A stretch of 60,428 bases of DNA, filler included, from Stramenopiles sp. TOSAG23-6 (Eukaryota): the NCBI GenBank assembly GCA_900128565.1. It is 4 parts of 4 records of this genome, joined end to end, with 100 filler letters (N's around TTAATTAATTAA, not from the genome) between each part and the next. Parts side by side here need not be neighbours in the genome. Positions count along the whole stretch, not along the records: positions 1 to 15,045 come from LT636128.1; positions 15,146 to 30,189 come from LT636129.1; 2 more parts are not named here. One strand, 5' to 3'. The notes beneath the pieces are model-generated. The model ran no database searches. It saw only the letters and a list, made by a program, of their open reading frames with translations, and was not told where the DNA came from. The translations under genes and the position numbers were made by a program. Position 1 is the stretch's first letter. Each line of letters begins with the position of its first letter. Shown in pieces: positions 10,406 to 24,600 of the stretch.

Positions 10406-13400
10406 ATGAAGGGTGTGGGTGGTTTAATGAAAGGAATCAAGTCAGAGGTGAAGATGGGCAGGAATGGGTTGAAGAAAGTACTTTCCAAGTCCAAGCGCTT
10501 CGCCCACGGTGCCAACAACATGCTCGAGAATGTTGCTTCAAAGCGTCTTCTTGACCATAAAAAAGCACTTCATGATGCTATTCATAAAGCAGAAAAAATG
10601 ACTATTGAGCTGGGTGGGGATCCTCCTGGTGACGTTGAGAACTACATGCACGCAGAATCACAAAGTTATTTGCTACCTGACACTGTAGATGAAAATATGG
10701 TTTCTGCGACAGCTATTGCAAATGGAACTTACAAAAAGCGTAATTTCGTGCTGTATGTATGTGCTGTCTTCGTTGGTGTTTTTGTATCTGCTTCGATCGC
10801 TTTGGCTGTTTTGATCTTCGGCAAAATCGAAAAGGCTCGCGTCAAAGCGACACTTACGGCTCTCAAGGATGACGGAAGTATTGGAGAAGCTTGGCTGATA
10901 TGGACAGGTTCGAGTCTTGGATGTGCTCTCTTTGCATGCGCAATGGTTCTATGGCAACCATCGGCTGCATCTTCGGGAATTCCTGGTTTAATTTCGTTCC
11001 TTAATGGATCTATTCCGCACGCTGGTAAAAACATCTTTGGACGCGTCGCTTATTTCGACAGTTTTCACGTGTTAGCTGCGAAATATATCGGTATGTTGTT
11101 TTCAATTCCTTCTGGTCTCTGTGTTGGTCCAGAAGGTCCAATTATTCATTGCAGCGCTCTCATTGGTAAATTTTCATGTGCTTTGTATCAAAAAATTGAG
11201 CAAAAGGTGTCGCACAGTGATTCTTTCTCAATATCTCCTGATGAACTTCGAGATTTTCTTGCTGCAGGAGCTGCTGCTGGTATTACGACGGCATTTCATG
11301 CACCACTTGCTGGTGTTCTTTTTGTTGTTGAAGAAGCGGCTACATTTTTTACCGTGAGGGCCATGGAATTGACATTTTGTTCCTGTCTTATCGCTTACTG
11401 GGTATCTTTTGCTATTGATGGCTTTCCAGACGATTATGTTAAATTTCTAACTCCTAGCGGTCCAGCTTGCAGTGATTATTCTGGAGATGATGTCTTTTGT
11501 TTTCTCATTATGGCAATTATTGGAGGCTGGCTGGGTGCAGGTTTCAATGAGATTGTGGAACATTGTAACCATCTTCGAATACATCACGTCAATAAGAAAC
11601 CTGTTAGACGTGTCCTTGAAGTTGTCTTCATGGTACTTTTGACAGGTCTTTTTGCTGTTTTACTTCCTTTGGGGTTTGATTGTATTGCGACGGAGCGTGA
11701 TATACTTTTTAAAGATTCTTCAGGGTGTATGCCAGATCATTACCGGACACAGATCTCATCTGCAACAATTAACGCCAAAGTTGCGTGGGAGCTTATTGAT
11801 GGTGTCGAAATCCTGAAGTACGCTACGCAGGGAAGCGCAGATTGGAAAGTGCCAGCACAAACCGTCAAATGTTTACATCCAAATTATAAAACAATGATTG
11901 ATACTGCTTGGAAAAATTCCAGTGATATCTCGGTGGATACTTCGTCGTGTGTCACTTTGTTGGCGGGATTCAAAACAAATGCTACAGATTCAAAAGATAA
12001 GGCCAAACACGAAATCTATGTTCGCACTATTCGTTTAGAAATCGCATTTGGTTTAAAAATGGCTTATCAAAAAGGTTGCAGTAAAGAACAGTATGATAAG
12101 GCTATTAGTGATGGCTACCGCAAGCTTTCTTTCGAAGAACATGTCATGGGCATGGATTCGAAAAACGTAACCCCAACTCCAAGTCTTCGTCGCCTAGCTG
12201 CTGCTGTTGCAAATGCAAATTCTGTGAAAAACTTCTGTGAGGAAGGTTACTGGTATGCACACACAGACATAATGATTCCGCATCGTGCTGATGAATACTT
12301 TGAAGCTCCTCCAGGTGGCGAAATTGCGAAACCCGAAAATTACGTACTGCCAGATTATGGCCATCCTTACAATTGTAAAAAGAATGACTTTGCATACAAC
12401 GACATGGCTTTGCTTTGGTTAAACGGAGGATTGAAAGGTGTCAAAAATCTTTTGATGCGGGGAGTTCCACATCTAATATCAATTGAAGCTTTGCTCGTAT
12501 TTTTTGTGTGTTACTTTTTTCTGGCATCTATCACTGCAGGTATCTCTGTCCCCGGTGGGTTAGTCGTGCCTATGTTGTTGATTGGGGGCAGTTATGGTCG
12601 ATCTGTAGGGCTGTTGATGATGACTATTAAGAAGAGTTTGTGCTCGGTAGATGGTTATAAATATGATTCTATGGACGCTACGGACGGTGACACTTTCTTC
12701 TGGAGTGCTATCATGAGGTACAAGGTAAGAGATTGTCGAATGGCTGACCCTGGACTTTATGCTGTTATAGGAAGTGCAGCATTTATGGGGGGTTCTGGTC
12801 GAATTACGCTTTTTCTCGCTACAGTGCTTCTCGAATTGACAAATGACATTCGACTTGTGGCTCCTATTGGTTGTGTAACTCTTTTCTCCATGCTTGTCGG
12901 AAATCTATACAATCACGGTTTATATCATGGGCTCTTACATCTATTGGATATCCCATTTCTTGAACACGAGGGTTCGCATGTTACTCGTATCACACCCACA
13001 TCTTGGGTCATGGCAACCCCCGTAAAAACAGCTGCACCAACAATGAAGAAAGGTGATCTTGAAAAACTTTTGGATGGCAACTTTCATAATGGTTTTCCTG
13101 TGGTTGACGACAGTAATTTGCTTGTGGGTTTACTAACACGACACGATGTGAAACATTCTCTTGACTACATCAAAAATGACTGTAATGACGATGCAAATGT
13201 TGTTATTAACAGTGCGCAATTTATGGACCTCGCTCCAATTTCAGTTAAGCAACATACAAAATTGTACCGTACCCATGATATTTTTGTATCTCTTGGAATG
13301 AGACACTTATGTGTTACCGATATAAACAACAAGTTGGTTGGCATGATAACTAGAAAAGATCTTCAACCTCATCGTCTGGCAGAAGTAACCGCTCACCACA

Positions 13401-13687
13401 AGGAACATGTGTATGATGATCCTGAATATCACGCTCAACACGAAGCGAATTTGGAAATTGTAGCTAAAAATGCCAAGTATCCAGAGCAAACCAAAAAAAT
13501 CGGCGGTATTGTTAATCATGGTCGGGATCATGACCACGAGAAACGTGATGTAACTTTTGGCGATGTACCAAAAATTAGTCACGGAGACTCTGACAGCGGG
13601 GATATTGAGGGAGGGGTAGATATTCCTGCCCCTGGTGGATCATCCGCAAAGATTGTTCCATCTGATAACAAAACAAGCGAGGCTTAG
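10406..13687 (+). CDS. CLC-family chloride channel/antiporter with CBS domains
   Basis: SSGIP, GPEGP, FHAPLAGVLFVVEE, PGGLVVP motifs and a CBS pair (HNGFPVV; MRHLCV). Confidence 0.93.
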   Translation: MKGVGGLMKGIKSEVKMGRNGLKKVLSKSKRFAHGANNMLENVASKRLLDHKKALHDAIHKAEKMTIELGGDPPGDVENYMHAESQSYLLPDTVDENMVSATAIANGTYKKRNFVLYVCAVFVGVFVSASIALAVLIFGKIEKARVKATLTALKDDGSIGEAWLIWTGSSLGCALFACAMVLWQPSAASSGIPGLISFLNGSIPHAGKNIFGRVAYFDSFHVLAAKYIGMLFSIPSGLCVGPEGPIIHCSALIGKFSCALYQKIEQKVSHSDSFSISPDELRDFLAAGAAAGITTAFHAPLAGVLFVVEEAATFFTVRAMELTFCSCLIAYWVSFAIDGFPDDYVKFLTPSGPACSDYSGDDVFCFLIMAIIGGWLGAGFNEIVEHCNHLRIHHVNKKPVRRVLEVVFMVLLTGLFAVLLPLGFDCIATERDILFKDSSGCMPDHYRTQISSATINAKVAWELIDGVEILKYATQGSADWKVPAQTVKCLHPNYKTMIDTAWKNSSDISVDTSSCVTLLAGFKTNATDSKDKAKHEIYVRTIRLEIAFGLKMAYQKGCSKEQYDKAISDGYRKLSFEEHVMGMDSKNVTPTPSLRRLAAAVANANSVKNFCEEGYWYAHTDIMIPHRADEYFEAPPGGEIAKPENYVLPDYGHPYNCKKNDFAYNDMALLWLNGGLKGVKNLLMRGVPHLISIEALLVFFVCYFFLASITAGISVPGGLVVPMLLIGGSYGRSVGLLMMTIKKSLCSVDGYKYDSMDATDGDTFFWSAIMRYKVRDCRMADPGLYAVIGSAAFMGGSGRITLFLATVLLELTNDIRLVAPIGCVTLFSMLVGNLYNHGLYHGLLHLLDIPFLEHEGSHVTRITPTSWVMATPVKTAAPTMKKGDLEKLLDGNFHNGFPVVDDSNLLVGLLTRHDVKHSLDYIKNDCNDDANVVINSAQFMDLAPISVKQHTKLYRTHDIFVSLGMRHLCVTDINNKLVGMITRKDLQPHRLAEVTAHHKEHVYDDPEYHAQHEANLEIVAKNAKYPEQTKKIGGIVNHGRDHDHEKRDVTFGDVPKISHGDSDSGDIEGGVDIPAPGGSSAKIVPSDNKTSEA

Positions 13688-14062
13688 TTGAAAGAATGTT
13701 GTCCATATATATTTTGAATCTTGTCACATGTTTTTTCATGTGGTAATTATAAAGTTTCTGAATATTATGAATATTATGAAAATGATTTATGGCATTTGAT
13801 TAATTTGAATTTGAATTAAATTTGGCGTGGGATTGAACATTAGCAGCAACAACATGTTTTTGTATACTTAAAAATTCATCCTACTCCGGCATTCAATTAA
13901 TTACATTCATGATAATAAATTCGTAATTCATTTAAAATTATATTTATTTTTAATGTTGTTTTAAAATGTTGGTTTACACATTTCTATAGTATGTACTGAA
14001 ATGGTTGTAAATCTTCCAAATTTCCTTCAAATAGCGAAATTGGAGTCATTTCTGTGAACAAA

Positions 14063-15045
14063 TTAAAGGTCGTTTTGTGCTTCCTTGGATATTATGCGAA
14101 ATCCTGCAAGTTTCCACTCGGGGTGAATGAGATACGGTTCAACAAACATCACAATCTTGCTTTCTTTATCTATGAGCTCCGAAGATAAGACAACCTTGAT
14201 TTTTTTAGAAGTTGATTCATTATTGTATTTTACCCTACTTCCTGAAGGTGACATAGTATCATCTTCATGAAAGTATCTCAGTAACCTTGATGTTAATTTT
14301 AAATCAGATTTCTTCCAATTCGTTTTGATGACACTGTTCTGTGTAGGTAACGCAATACGCGCGAATAAGTCTTGCATTGAATATAATGACTTATCGTACT
14401 CTCCGAGACTTTTCAATTCCCTTGTACAACTTCGCATATTTTTCTGGTGTGATAACTTGCTTTCTAAATTCAAATAATTGAATGGTAGCTCACATGATAT
14501 TTCACCTAATTCCCTTTCCTTTTCAGATATATAATTTGATAAATTGTACTTTTTTATCGCGTCGGAGAGGACAAGGTCCATTAGCGTAAATACATACTTA
14601 CTTTTATGTGCTTCTTTGTTCTCTTTAGACAGCATATTACAAGGAAGTGTACTCAGTATACCTTGCATTGCAATTCTATGAGCTTCTTTATTGCTAGATA
14701 ATTCATTATATCGTAGCTGGCTCTCTAACTGGCTCAATATGTTACGTAAAGCTTGCTGATGTAGAATAAAGTTAGCTTCTGACATTTCCGAGCAAGGAAG
14801 TGTGCTCAATATACCTAATAATGCATTATTATGTGCTTCTCTATTTTCGTCACACAGTTCATTACATGGTAGTTGNCTCAATACATCTCGCAAAGCTTGC
14901 TGGTGTAAAATAAAATTAGCTTCTGACATTTCCGCACAAGGAAGAGTTCTCAATATACCTAACATTGCCTTTCTATGAGCTTCTCTATTTTCATTAGATA
15001 ATTCATTGCATGGTAGTTGACTCAATACACCTTGCAAAGCTTGTT
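14063..15045 (-). CDS. Hypothetical protein with 24-aa tandem repeats; 5' end lost in gap
   Basis: Repeated units of L-x-[QT]-LPC-x-E-[LM]-x(3)-N-x(3)-H. Confidence 0.6.
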
Positions 15046-15145
15046 NNNNNNNNNNNNNNNNNNNNNNNNNNNNNNNNNNNNNNNNNNNNTTAATTAATTA
15101 ANNNNNNNNNNNNNNNNNNNNNNNNNNNNNNNNNNNNNNNNNNNN
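15046..15145. other. Artificial scaffold spacer (N-TTAATTAATTAA-N)
   Basis: Six-frame-stop linker inside an N run; flanking genes unrelated and truncated. Confidence 0.9.
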
Positions 15146-15256
15146 TTTTTATTTTTTTTTTTTTTTTTTTCTAAAAAAAAATTTTTTTTTTTTTGGAAAA
15201 TTTTGTACCTAACAATTTTTTTTTTTTTACTAAAAAAATATTTTTCCAAAATATAG
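15146..15256 (+). mobile_element. Introner-like intron, 3' part, ends AG
   Basis: GTACCTAAC..ATATTTTTCCAAAATATAG. Confidence 0.75.
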
Positions 15257-15432
15257 TAGGAATGCAGAGATTTGGTGCAAGTGGAAAAGGTTCAGATGTA
15301 ATGAAACATTTTGGATTTACACCTGAAAATGTTTCTAAAACAGGTCAAAAAACAGCTAAATTTTTTGGAGGGACAAAAGCATTTGATTTAATGCATCGTG
15401 CAGAATTTTCCGTCCTTTCAGATCCCCACTAA
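15257..15432 (+). CDS. TKT: Transketolase, last exon
   Basis: GMQRFGASGKGSDVMKHFGFTPENV matches the transketolase C-terminus. Confidence 0.85.
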
Positions 15433-15683
15433 AACTTTAAAATGACGTCATTTGTTCTGTTTTTGTAAAAATATTCTACAATTCGGTAAAAAATAATTTC
15501 ATACAAGAAAACAAAATATTGTTTTCGTTTTTGTAGTAGCAACGTAAAAAATAATATTGTACTTTTGATAATAAATATAAGTTTTACATTTCTTTATATT
15601 TTTTTTTAAATAGTCAAATAGTCCATATCAATCTTGTTATCAAGGAATCAAAAAAGTTGATATAAAGAGAGATTATTAAGATA

Positions 15684-18600
15684 TTAACGTCGATAGAGTT
15701 TTGCCTCTTCTGCATCTTTAGATCGCTCTGCTTCAACTTTTTCTTTTTCAGCTTTTGTAACATCTGCCATGACATGCTTTGCTAAAGCATTCCATCGGTC
15801 AGGTGGTACATTTTGTTTTGCTAATTCTTCTTTAATATACTTTAATAAATCTTTCTTTGTCTCTACACCACCTTCCCAGCGAACGGATACCGCTTCAAAC
15901 ACTTTTCTACGATTGGAGACGTTTACATCTTTACCCATGAGGGATTTAGTCAATCTCTTTATTCCACCAGTTGTTTGTGTAAAACCTCGGATAGCTTTAT
16001 TCATTGTTGAGCGCTTGTATTTTAATAACTTGGCTCCTTCATTTCGTAAATAAAAGTATCTAAAACGACGTTGCACTAATCTTGCAGCATGTTCTAATTT
16101 AACATTATACAGATTCTTTCTTGCTAATTGACCTCTATGAATTTTCTGTACCATTAGTAAAGCACGTTCAATAGTTGGTCTTGGATGAACTTTTGTTGTA
16201 TGTCTCTTTTTCTTACCTTTTCTGTGATACCATTCAAAACATCCAGGGTTACCAAACCATCGCTTATCACAATATGTATCACCACATTCGACACATAGTC
16301 GTTTAGCTGGTAAACCACACTCAACACACACTGCACGAACAAGTTCGGATAGGGCATCTTCATCTGGTCTCTTTGGACATCGCTCTTTCTCATGATGTTC
16401 AAAACAACCAATACAAAATGATGTCTTACAGAATTCGCAGACATGAACGCCAGCATTAACTTGGCAGTCTGAGCAATGATTCTGACCATCCGCTACTGAT
16501 TCCCTGACTTTTTCGAACTGATGCTTTCTTCGTTTCCCATGCTTATGAACTTGCTTATAACACTCAACACAATAGTTGTCACCACAATCTTTGCAATATC
16601 GCTCAGCCAATAATGATTCGCATTCAACACAAACGGGTGCACCAACACGGAAGCTTCTCCATCGATGTGTTGATTTCTTACCTCGATGATATTCCTCATG
16701 ACATTCCATGCACCAGTAACGTTGTTTTTCAGGGCAAGTCGTACAAGTCCTTGTTGCAAAAGTGGCCAAACATTTCAAACATTGCAATGGTGCAGGCATT
16801 GTGTTACCAAGTGGTGTAAATGTATGATCTAACATATCAGTATTTTGATGTGCTACAGTATAACACTTGAAGCATAATGAAGTTTGACATTGATCACATA
16901 ATCGTGAAGCCTGTAACTGACCACATTCATCACAACTTCCTGCCATACGTGGAGGAAGGACTTTAGACAAATGAGGCCACATACCATATGGTCTAAAAGC
17001 TTCATTGTACGGCTGTTCCCATACTGTTTCACCCCTCACCTGATTTACATAAAAATATGCTTTATTATCACCATCCCAGAATTCTTGCCACTCAGCATGA
17101 TATTGTGCGTACAATTCCCAGTATTTCTGACGGGCAACAATGCCACGCTGTCGTTGTTGTATCATTACAGCTGCATAATAACGAGTATATATATAATTAA
17201 GCCATACAGTATTCTCTTTATGACCTCTATACATTTTTTGAAGATACGTCGCACTCTTCCACCAGCGAGTCACTGTACCACAACATTGACGCAATTTCTG
17301 ACAACCATCAAATAACTCCATAGTACGTTTTCTGGTATCTTGTAATTGTTGTTGTAATTGGGCATCAGTCAATACAATTTGTTTTTCTTTGTATTTTTTC
17401 TTTTTCTTGTCCTTTTGTGACTTTTGAGACTTTTGTGACTTTTGAGACTTTTGAGACTTTTGAGATTTAGATCGTGATCCGTCAAGATTAGTTTCTATTT
17501 TCTCTTGAATTTCTTCAGTGTTAATCAAGCCTTCTTCATCGACACTACCATCTTGCTTTTCTTCCTCTGGATTTGCGAGATGACTTGTGATTTCAAGACA
17601 TTCTAAAACTATTTCTCTCAATTTTATAACCTTCATATTCGAAAGTAATACTGAAGCTCGGTAAAGAGCACTATGTAATATTTTGATTGCACGTATTACT
17701 TTCTCGGTAGAACTCGCATATTCTTGATTTGCAAATCGAGAAGTGATCAAGTCTTGTGCAAGTTTCGGTTTATCAGTCATGCATGACATATGGTATTCTA
17801 ATGCACCTAATGAAATAGCTGGATGGGATTCTAAAACAGCTCGTACGAAACTACTGCATCGTAAATGTTGTGAAGGAAACATTTGACTATAAAGCTGTAA
17901 AGGACCACTACGATCATCTGATACAGTTGTGCAGACACAACCAGTACCACCCTCAACAAGGTCCCAACGCTCACTAGTTCTATCTGAACTTACTAAAGCC
18001 ATGCATCGAAGCTCAAGTGTAGGATCTCTCGCGACAGTAAATATTCGCTTAGCATCTTTCTTTGAATCAATACCCACCAGCATGAGTTGCTCTTCAGTCA
18101 AAGATTTCAATGTTTCAAGATCAAGTTTCCGCATTTCATGACCTAATTTCAATTTGTTTCTTACATTTCGACCAACTTTCAATATGTGAGTCATATGAGG
18201 TAAACCAATTCGAGTAAGCCACATAGAAGCAGAAATTCCTTCCATTCCAAACCCATACCAAGCATTTTGTGCAGCTAATTTTACAGCATCGGAAATAGTT
18301 TTATCTAATCCACTATTTCTGATAAGCATTAAGAAAGCCCTACGACCAGCCATTGCCCGGTATATACGCTGTAGATAAGCGGCAGCACGATCTTCTTCAT
18401 ATGTGTAATCCAAATGTGTCCAAGAAACATCACCGGTAATATAGTTCCAATAATACCACACCTGGCGCTCTTCATCCTTGACAAGTTCCCATCCATATCT
18501 ACAACACCAAGTAATTTCTGTTTTGACGGAAAATGCGCAAACATTTCTAGGCTCTTCGTTTTCACTAGAGCACCAATTATGTTGTTTCTTTCGCAAATCT

Positions 18601-21600
18601 TGCCACATTAAGCGGTATCCCTCTCCTGCTTTTCTTTCTTCAAAACGAACAAGATGTTTCTTTGTATCTTTATTAAATTTCACTACATACCCAAGACGCC
18701 AACATTCATCTAACATTTGCTCATCGTGTTTTATTTCTACCATTTNTTCTTTCGTTACAGCTGCGGTTATGCCCATGTCAATCATTTCATTAGATAAAGC
18801 CTTTATCATATTGTACACTTGGTCCGCTTGTTCAAATACTTTATCCAAACAATATATTAAAATATCTATCGAAAGATCTTCGACCATCATTCTTCTTGCT
18901 GCTTTTTCTTCACGCTTCAATGCCTCTTTTTTTGCTTTCCTTTCAGCCTCTTCTAGAGCTCTTTGTTCTTTCGCTGGAATTTTCTTTTTCGTCTTTTCCT
19001 TTTTATCTTGTTTTATATCAACACGTTTCTTTGACTTCTTATCAACATTTTTTACTTTTTTACTTTTTTTTTGCTTTTCACCTTTTTTGTTTCTTCCTTT
19101 ACCTTTCTTACCTTTGCCCTTCTTTTTTTTCTTCTCTGCGTTAGCCTCACTTTTCTTTTGATTTGTCTTAATTCGTGCAAGACGAAGTTGTTCTAATCGT
19201 TTTCTTTCTGATTCTTTCTTTTGCCAAACAATCTTTCGGTTTTCATCAATTTTCAAAAATGCACGCTTGAAAGCTTTATCAAATGCTTTACCTAGCCATC
19301 GAGCAATAAAACGCTCTGCGATAACTCTTTCTTCAACACGTGGCAAATATATCCATACCTTTCGACCTACAGCGGATCTCCCAACACGAATACGCTGTGT
19401 TCCAGGTCTACTTCCATACTTGGTTATGGTACTACTTGTACTTGTTGAACGTGTACCAGGTCTTGAAAAATTGACCCGTGTAGTACCAGGTCGTGACACG
19501 TGTGCCAGGGGAGCGGCACTTGACATAACATTTTTTACATCTTTTCTATTCGATATTCGATCAGTCCTAGTTTCAATAGTGTCGCGCGTACTCGGTCTTG
19601 ATAAAATTTCATTCATATCATGTAGTGTTGTTGGGCTTACTTCAATACGTACAAAAGAACACATTGATCTACGCCAAGCCATATCTACCCAAGCCTTTTT
19701 TTCAGCTTCAACTCTACGAAGCTCTGCTCTTGTTTTGCGAAGTTTTCGGGCACGAGAACGCCCAATAAAACCACGAATAATTCTGATTATAGTTCTAGTA
19801 TGATCATATTCTTCTACTGTGTATATGGGCCTATCCCACTGGCGAGCATTGGAAGGAGGGCTAGGTTCATGTTTCTTCCAATCTTCAAATCGGTCTTTAT
19901 ACCATTCCACAAATTCCTCAAAATCCACACTACCATCATTATTCGGATCCATTTCAGAAAAGAAAATATCTAGTTTTTCATTAAACATTTTGTTACTCAT
20001 ATTATCAGCTAAACCGAGACGTTTCATTAGCTTTCCAACTTCCCAACGATCTAATTCCCCAGAATTATCTTCGTCTAAGGCATGAAAAAGCATACGAATA
20101 TGTATTGTGAAAAAATATTTCAAAAAAAATCGTTAGGTACGAAATTTCGTATGAAAACCAAAAAAACAAAAAACCAAAAAACCAAAAAACCAAAAAAAAA
20201 ATCAAATAGAAATTCATATAAAACATACACTAAGATCTCGTCTGGATGAAAACATATTTTCACCTAGTTCTGTGTTTGCATGTTTTATTTTCACCCATGT
20301 CCAAAATGGTCCAGTATTCTCTTTGTTTTCAATATAGTATAATGTTCCCATTCTATCGTCATGTATTTTGGAAAAATATTTCAAAAAAAAAAATTAATTT
20401 CGTTAGGTACAAAATTTCGTACGAAAAAAAATTCATACAAAAAAAAAAAACTAAAACATACATATGCCTCATTCCAATGCCAACGTGTAATGAAAGAAAT
20501 TTCTTCCTGAACTTTTTCTTTTCGTATTCTATCCTGATCTTTTAACCATGCCTCGTGAACTTTATCTCGTTTTTTGTCTTCTAAATAAGCTTCCTTTGCT
20601 TCTCGATCTTTTCGCTTCTTTCCCAGCATCTTCAGGACCAATCGAGCAATTCGATTTTTTAATGCTGATATAAGTTGTTGTGCGCGTTTATCATATGCAC
20701 GAATAATCTTTATAGCTTTGCCATATTCAATGGCTGCTTTTTTCTTTTCTGGAAACCAATTTTTCATGGTAAGTCCTGGATGTGCTTCTAGCCAATCTTT
20801 TATTTCAGAAATTGATTTTGGTTTATTCATTAGTTTTGCATTTTGAAGTTGTGCAACTTCAATGCATTTATAATATGTCACGTCTTGTGGTAGATCCCAC
20901 TCTTTTCGAGGAATCCCAGCTTCAGATGCACTGCGAACACCACTATCACAAAGATCAAGTATTTGTTGACTTGCCATTCGTACAAGTTTTATGTATTTAG
21001 TTCGGCGATTATCTTCATTTTGTTCTGACACTTTTTTTTGTGGCCAGTCGATAATTTCTTTTGCCCAATTTCTAGCTTCACCTGGTTCGTTGCATCGTTC
21101 AAGTGTATATGAAATTGCTGATATAGTTACATCTTTATCACCTACTGCATTAGCAAAATTATGAGCGCGAACTTCGCCTCTTGGAAATTTTGCAAGAAAA
21201 AGAAGTTTGGCTTCATCGTATGTAGCGAATGTATACCAATTGAAACGTGCGTCCTTAGCTAAGTCATCTGCGGCTGCTTCTGCGGCAGCTTCGTTCTTTG
21301 CTAATGCCCACTCTTCTGCAGCAGTTACACCTTGAAAGAACAATAAAATTTGTTCACGGTCTTTTTCGTTTTCTATTCCTACTGTTGATAATTTTTCATC
21401 ACTAAGAGTACGTAAATCGGACACTTTGCTAACAATACGACCTATATTTTTATTCAGCAATTTTGGAAGTACATGAAGCATTCCGAGGCGGCGTAAAAAT
21501 GGGGCTAATTCTAAACCACAAAGATAGTCAAAAGGATGAAAAAGAGACTTTGTATACTTATCTAATAAAAGGAGTGTCTCTCGAACACTTTTTGTTTTAA

Positions 21601-24600
21601 GAAATAACGATTTTTTTCTTTCTGCAACAAGACCCATAAAAAAATTGAAAATCTTTCGCCCTTTAAAAGTTGACCAACCACGTTGAATTGTTTTGGCACC
21701 TTTGTCTCTTTCCATGGCATGAATTACGCGACATTTAAACAAAAACTTGCGAATGAGAGGTTGAATGACTTCTGCAGCATTTCGGCGTAACCACCATATT
21801 CTAGGAGCAACACTGGGAACAAATTGTGCAAACATATTTCTGATATATCGCCGAGCGGCTCTTTTCCGGACGAGTTGTTTAATTGCTTTTACACGATTAC
21901 GCGCAAAATAACCACGAGCAATTCTACCAATTACTTTTGATGCAAGCCACATGAGCATGATTTTCCTAGCGTACAGTCTCCTGTATCGCGTTTGAAGTTT
22001 TGTTGCTGCTTCGTGTCTTCGAATTTCTTTCATAATTGCATTGTTGTGTTGTGTAAGCCAGCGACGTTGCCGAAGTTGCTGACTACGACGACCTCTGTCC
22101 ACAAGCCAGCGATACCACCAGAATTGAACTAACCTCGCTGAATCCTTTTTTATCTGAAGAAAATTTCGTACTGATTTTTGGATATTTGTAGCGGCACGGC
22201 GCACAACAAGAAAATCCTTGAATGCTTGACCTAGACCAGTTCCTCGCCACTGACGCTGTAATTTGATAGCAGATTTCAACATTAACCTTTGTCGTATAAA
22301 GGCTCGTCGTGTTCTTCTCGCACGTATTTTACATTGAAGTTTAATCACAGTTCTAAATCGCAACATAAAATATTTCCTTCTTTTTGCAGCAATTTCCATT
22401 TCATGCTTTGAACGAAGTGCACAACATAATGTGAACTTGGACATAAACCCATTTTTTGCGTACCATATTCGTTGAATACGAAGTGCCATTTGAAACATCT
22501 TTTCTGCCAATTCACCCGTTGCGCCACGGAGTTTTTTCAATTTCTCACGAGCGACACATGCTCGCCAGCAACGTGAAATAATTGTTGCTTTTGTTTGAAG
22601 AATACCAAACCATTTAAGTTTTTTTTCTTTGCTACGCTGTAGTAAACGTTGTACAAAAAACCATCGAACATTTCGTTGGATGATTGGTACAGCTTCTCGT
22701 TTTGTTAGGAAAAATCGGTATGCAATCCAAGACTTAAATTGGCCTTGTACCAATTTGATAGCGGCGCGGAACTTAGTATACCATGTGTATTGCATCATAC
22801 ATCTTGCAGCAGCTTGTACCTTTATGAATAATCTAATAACAAGAATGCGATATTCATAAGGAGGTCTCATTCGAGCCATTGCTTGTATGCGTTTAGCCAT
22901 GCGATGCTCTAATAAAATCTGTCTCATCATTCGCATTGCTGCAATTGTTCGATAGCATGACTGAATCAAAGTAGCAGCAAGTCGTCTTTCCCATGCTCTA
23001 TGCATATCTCTATATCTTTTCCAGCAATGAAATGCTTTACTTTGTTGAGAAAATTCATACCCACCACCCATATCATGCAATACCGTCATAAACTTTTTAG
23101 TTGCTGCAATTTTTGCATACATTTTGTATCTTTCGGCCTCTTGCATTGCCTCTGCTTTCTTCTTCCATCTTAAAAAACGGACTCGGAGACCAACAAACTC
23201 CAAGTAATTCCATAGAGGAGAAAATACTTTAATATAACGACTTCTAATATAACTAACATCTCTTATATGTAGTATTAAAAACCGAAGAGGTAAAGAATCC
23301 ATGGCCTTGACAATCAGAGTTTTCTGTTGAGCTTGTAATGATAATTGGCGTTCTTGATTTCGTGCGAGAGCCCCTTCAAACCAATCCATTTGAGCACCTT
23401 GAGAAAAAGGACGTTTTTCAAGTGGTTTTTCAATTGGTTCGCACAAACGCGTGAAGCTCGAATCGATTGAAACATTTGATGTAAGTGAAGTATTCGAGTC
23501 AGTGAAAGCTGAAAATTTTGATTTTCTTGGTGAAAATAAGTGTGTTACACCAATACTTCTCGCTAGATTAGGGACTAATAAATTGTCTCTGGCAATTGAA
23601 CCACCAGAGGCCAGTGGATTACTCGTCTGAGATGAGTCTCCAATTTCTTTCATTCGTCGGATTTTTCGAAAACGATCTCGTTTGAGTCGTCGTCTATCCG
23701 CAAGAAATGCATCATGAAATGTTCTTTCATTGGCTTGAAATTTAGAGCTGTCTTGATCACGAATAGATGCAATGTCTTCATAAATACTTTGTGAATCTGT
23801 ATGCATTTCTATCGGTGGAAGTTGATTACTTCTATGTGATATATTCTTATCGTCACCATTGCCACGTTTTCCTAAGGATGATCGCGTAGCTGAAGCAGCA
23901 GCTGCAATGGCTGTGACAGAGACATGAGAAGATTGACTTTTTGCACGCCTCGATGATTTAGATCGAAACATACGATCCAAACCTCGATGTGTACCTGGTC
24001 TTGAATGTAAAGGACTGTGTAAACCCTTATGAATTATACTTGTATTTGGATCAATATCAGAGGACTGGTACATATTTGAATCTGAATGCCAACTAGAATG
24101 GGCTCGTATGGAATCCATATCAACGCTATGTACATCATCCATTGCGTGCTTTGTCGAATGTGATCGTACTGATTGTACAGAATAAATAGATCTATTGGTA
24201 TGTGTTCTTTGACTATGTAAAGCATTTCTTATATTTTCAAAGTCAATACTTTTTGTACTATTTGGAGAAGACAATCTTAATGATGTATTATCATGCGTTT
24301 TAGGCCTTAATATGCTACTTCCATGTGTTTTCGGTCTTAAAGTAACACTAGAATGTATTTCATCCAGTAAACTAATACGCCCATCTTTACGTCTTGGCAT
24401 ATCATCAGCCAACAAACTTCTTAAAGGGTGATATCCTTCTTCATGTGGCTGTAACGCTGCCAAACTTTCAGGCTGACGGTGTGGCCAGACTCCAGTTGAA
24501 CTTCCAGCAGGTTTTACTTGCCGAATTAATTTACCCCCTTTACCTCGACGATTTCTCGGCGATGGGTATAAATCTTGCTCCATTCTTTGTACAGCTTGTT

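Noticed and set aside
15090-15101. TTAATTAATTAA recurring about every 15 kb (also 30234 and 45370)
   Set aside because: Embedded in N runs, with stops in all six frames: an artificial concatenation linker. Gene adjacency across it has no meaning.
17411-17465. 9-nt coding microsatellites (SQK; QKN at 46971; KQN at 50281) and 18-nt EEDAKT repeat at 33066
   Set aside because: Ordinary slippage repeats in low-complexity linkers.
20381-20545. Shared ORF-end peptides such as FFVRNFVPN, SYEILYLT, RTKFCT, KYFSKIH
   Set aside because: These are translations of the intron consensus in different frames, not protein motifs.
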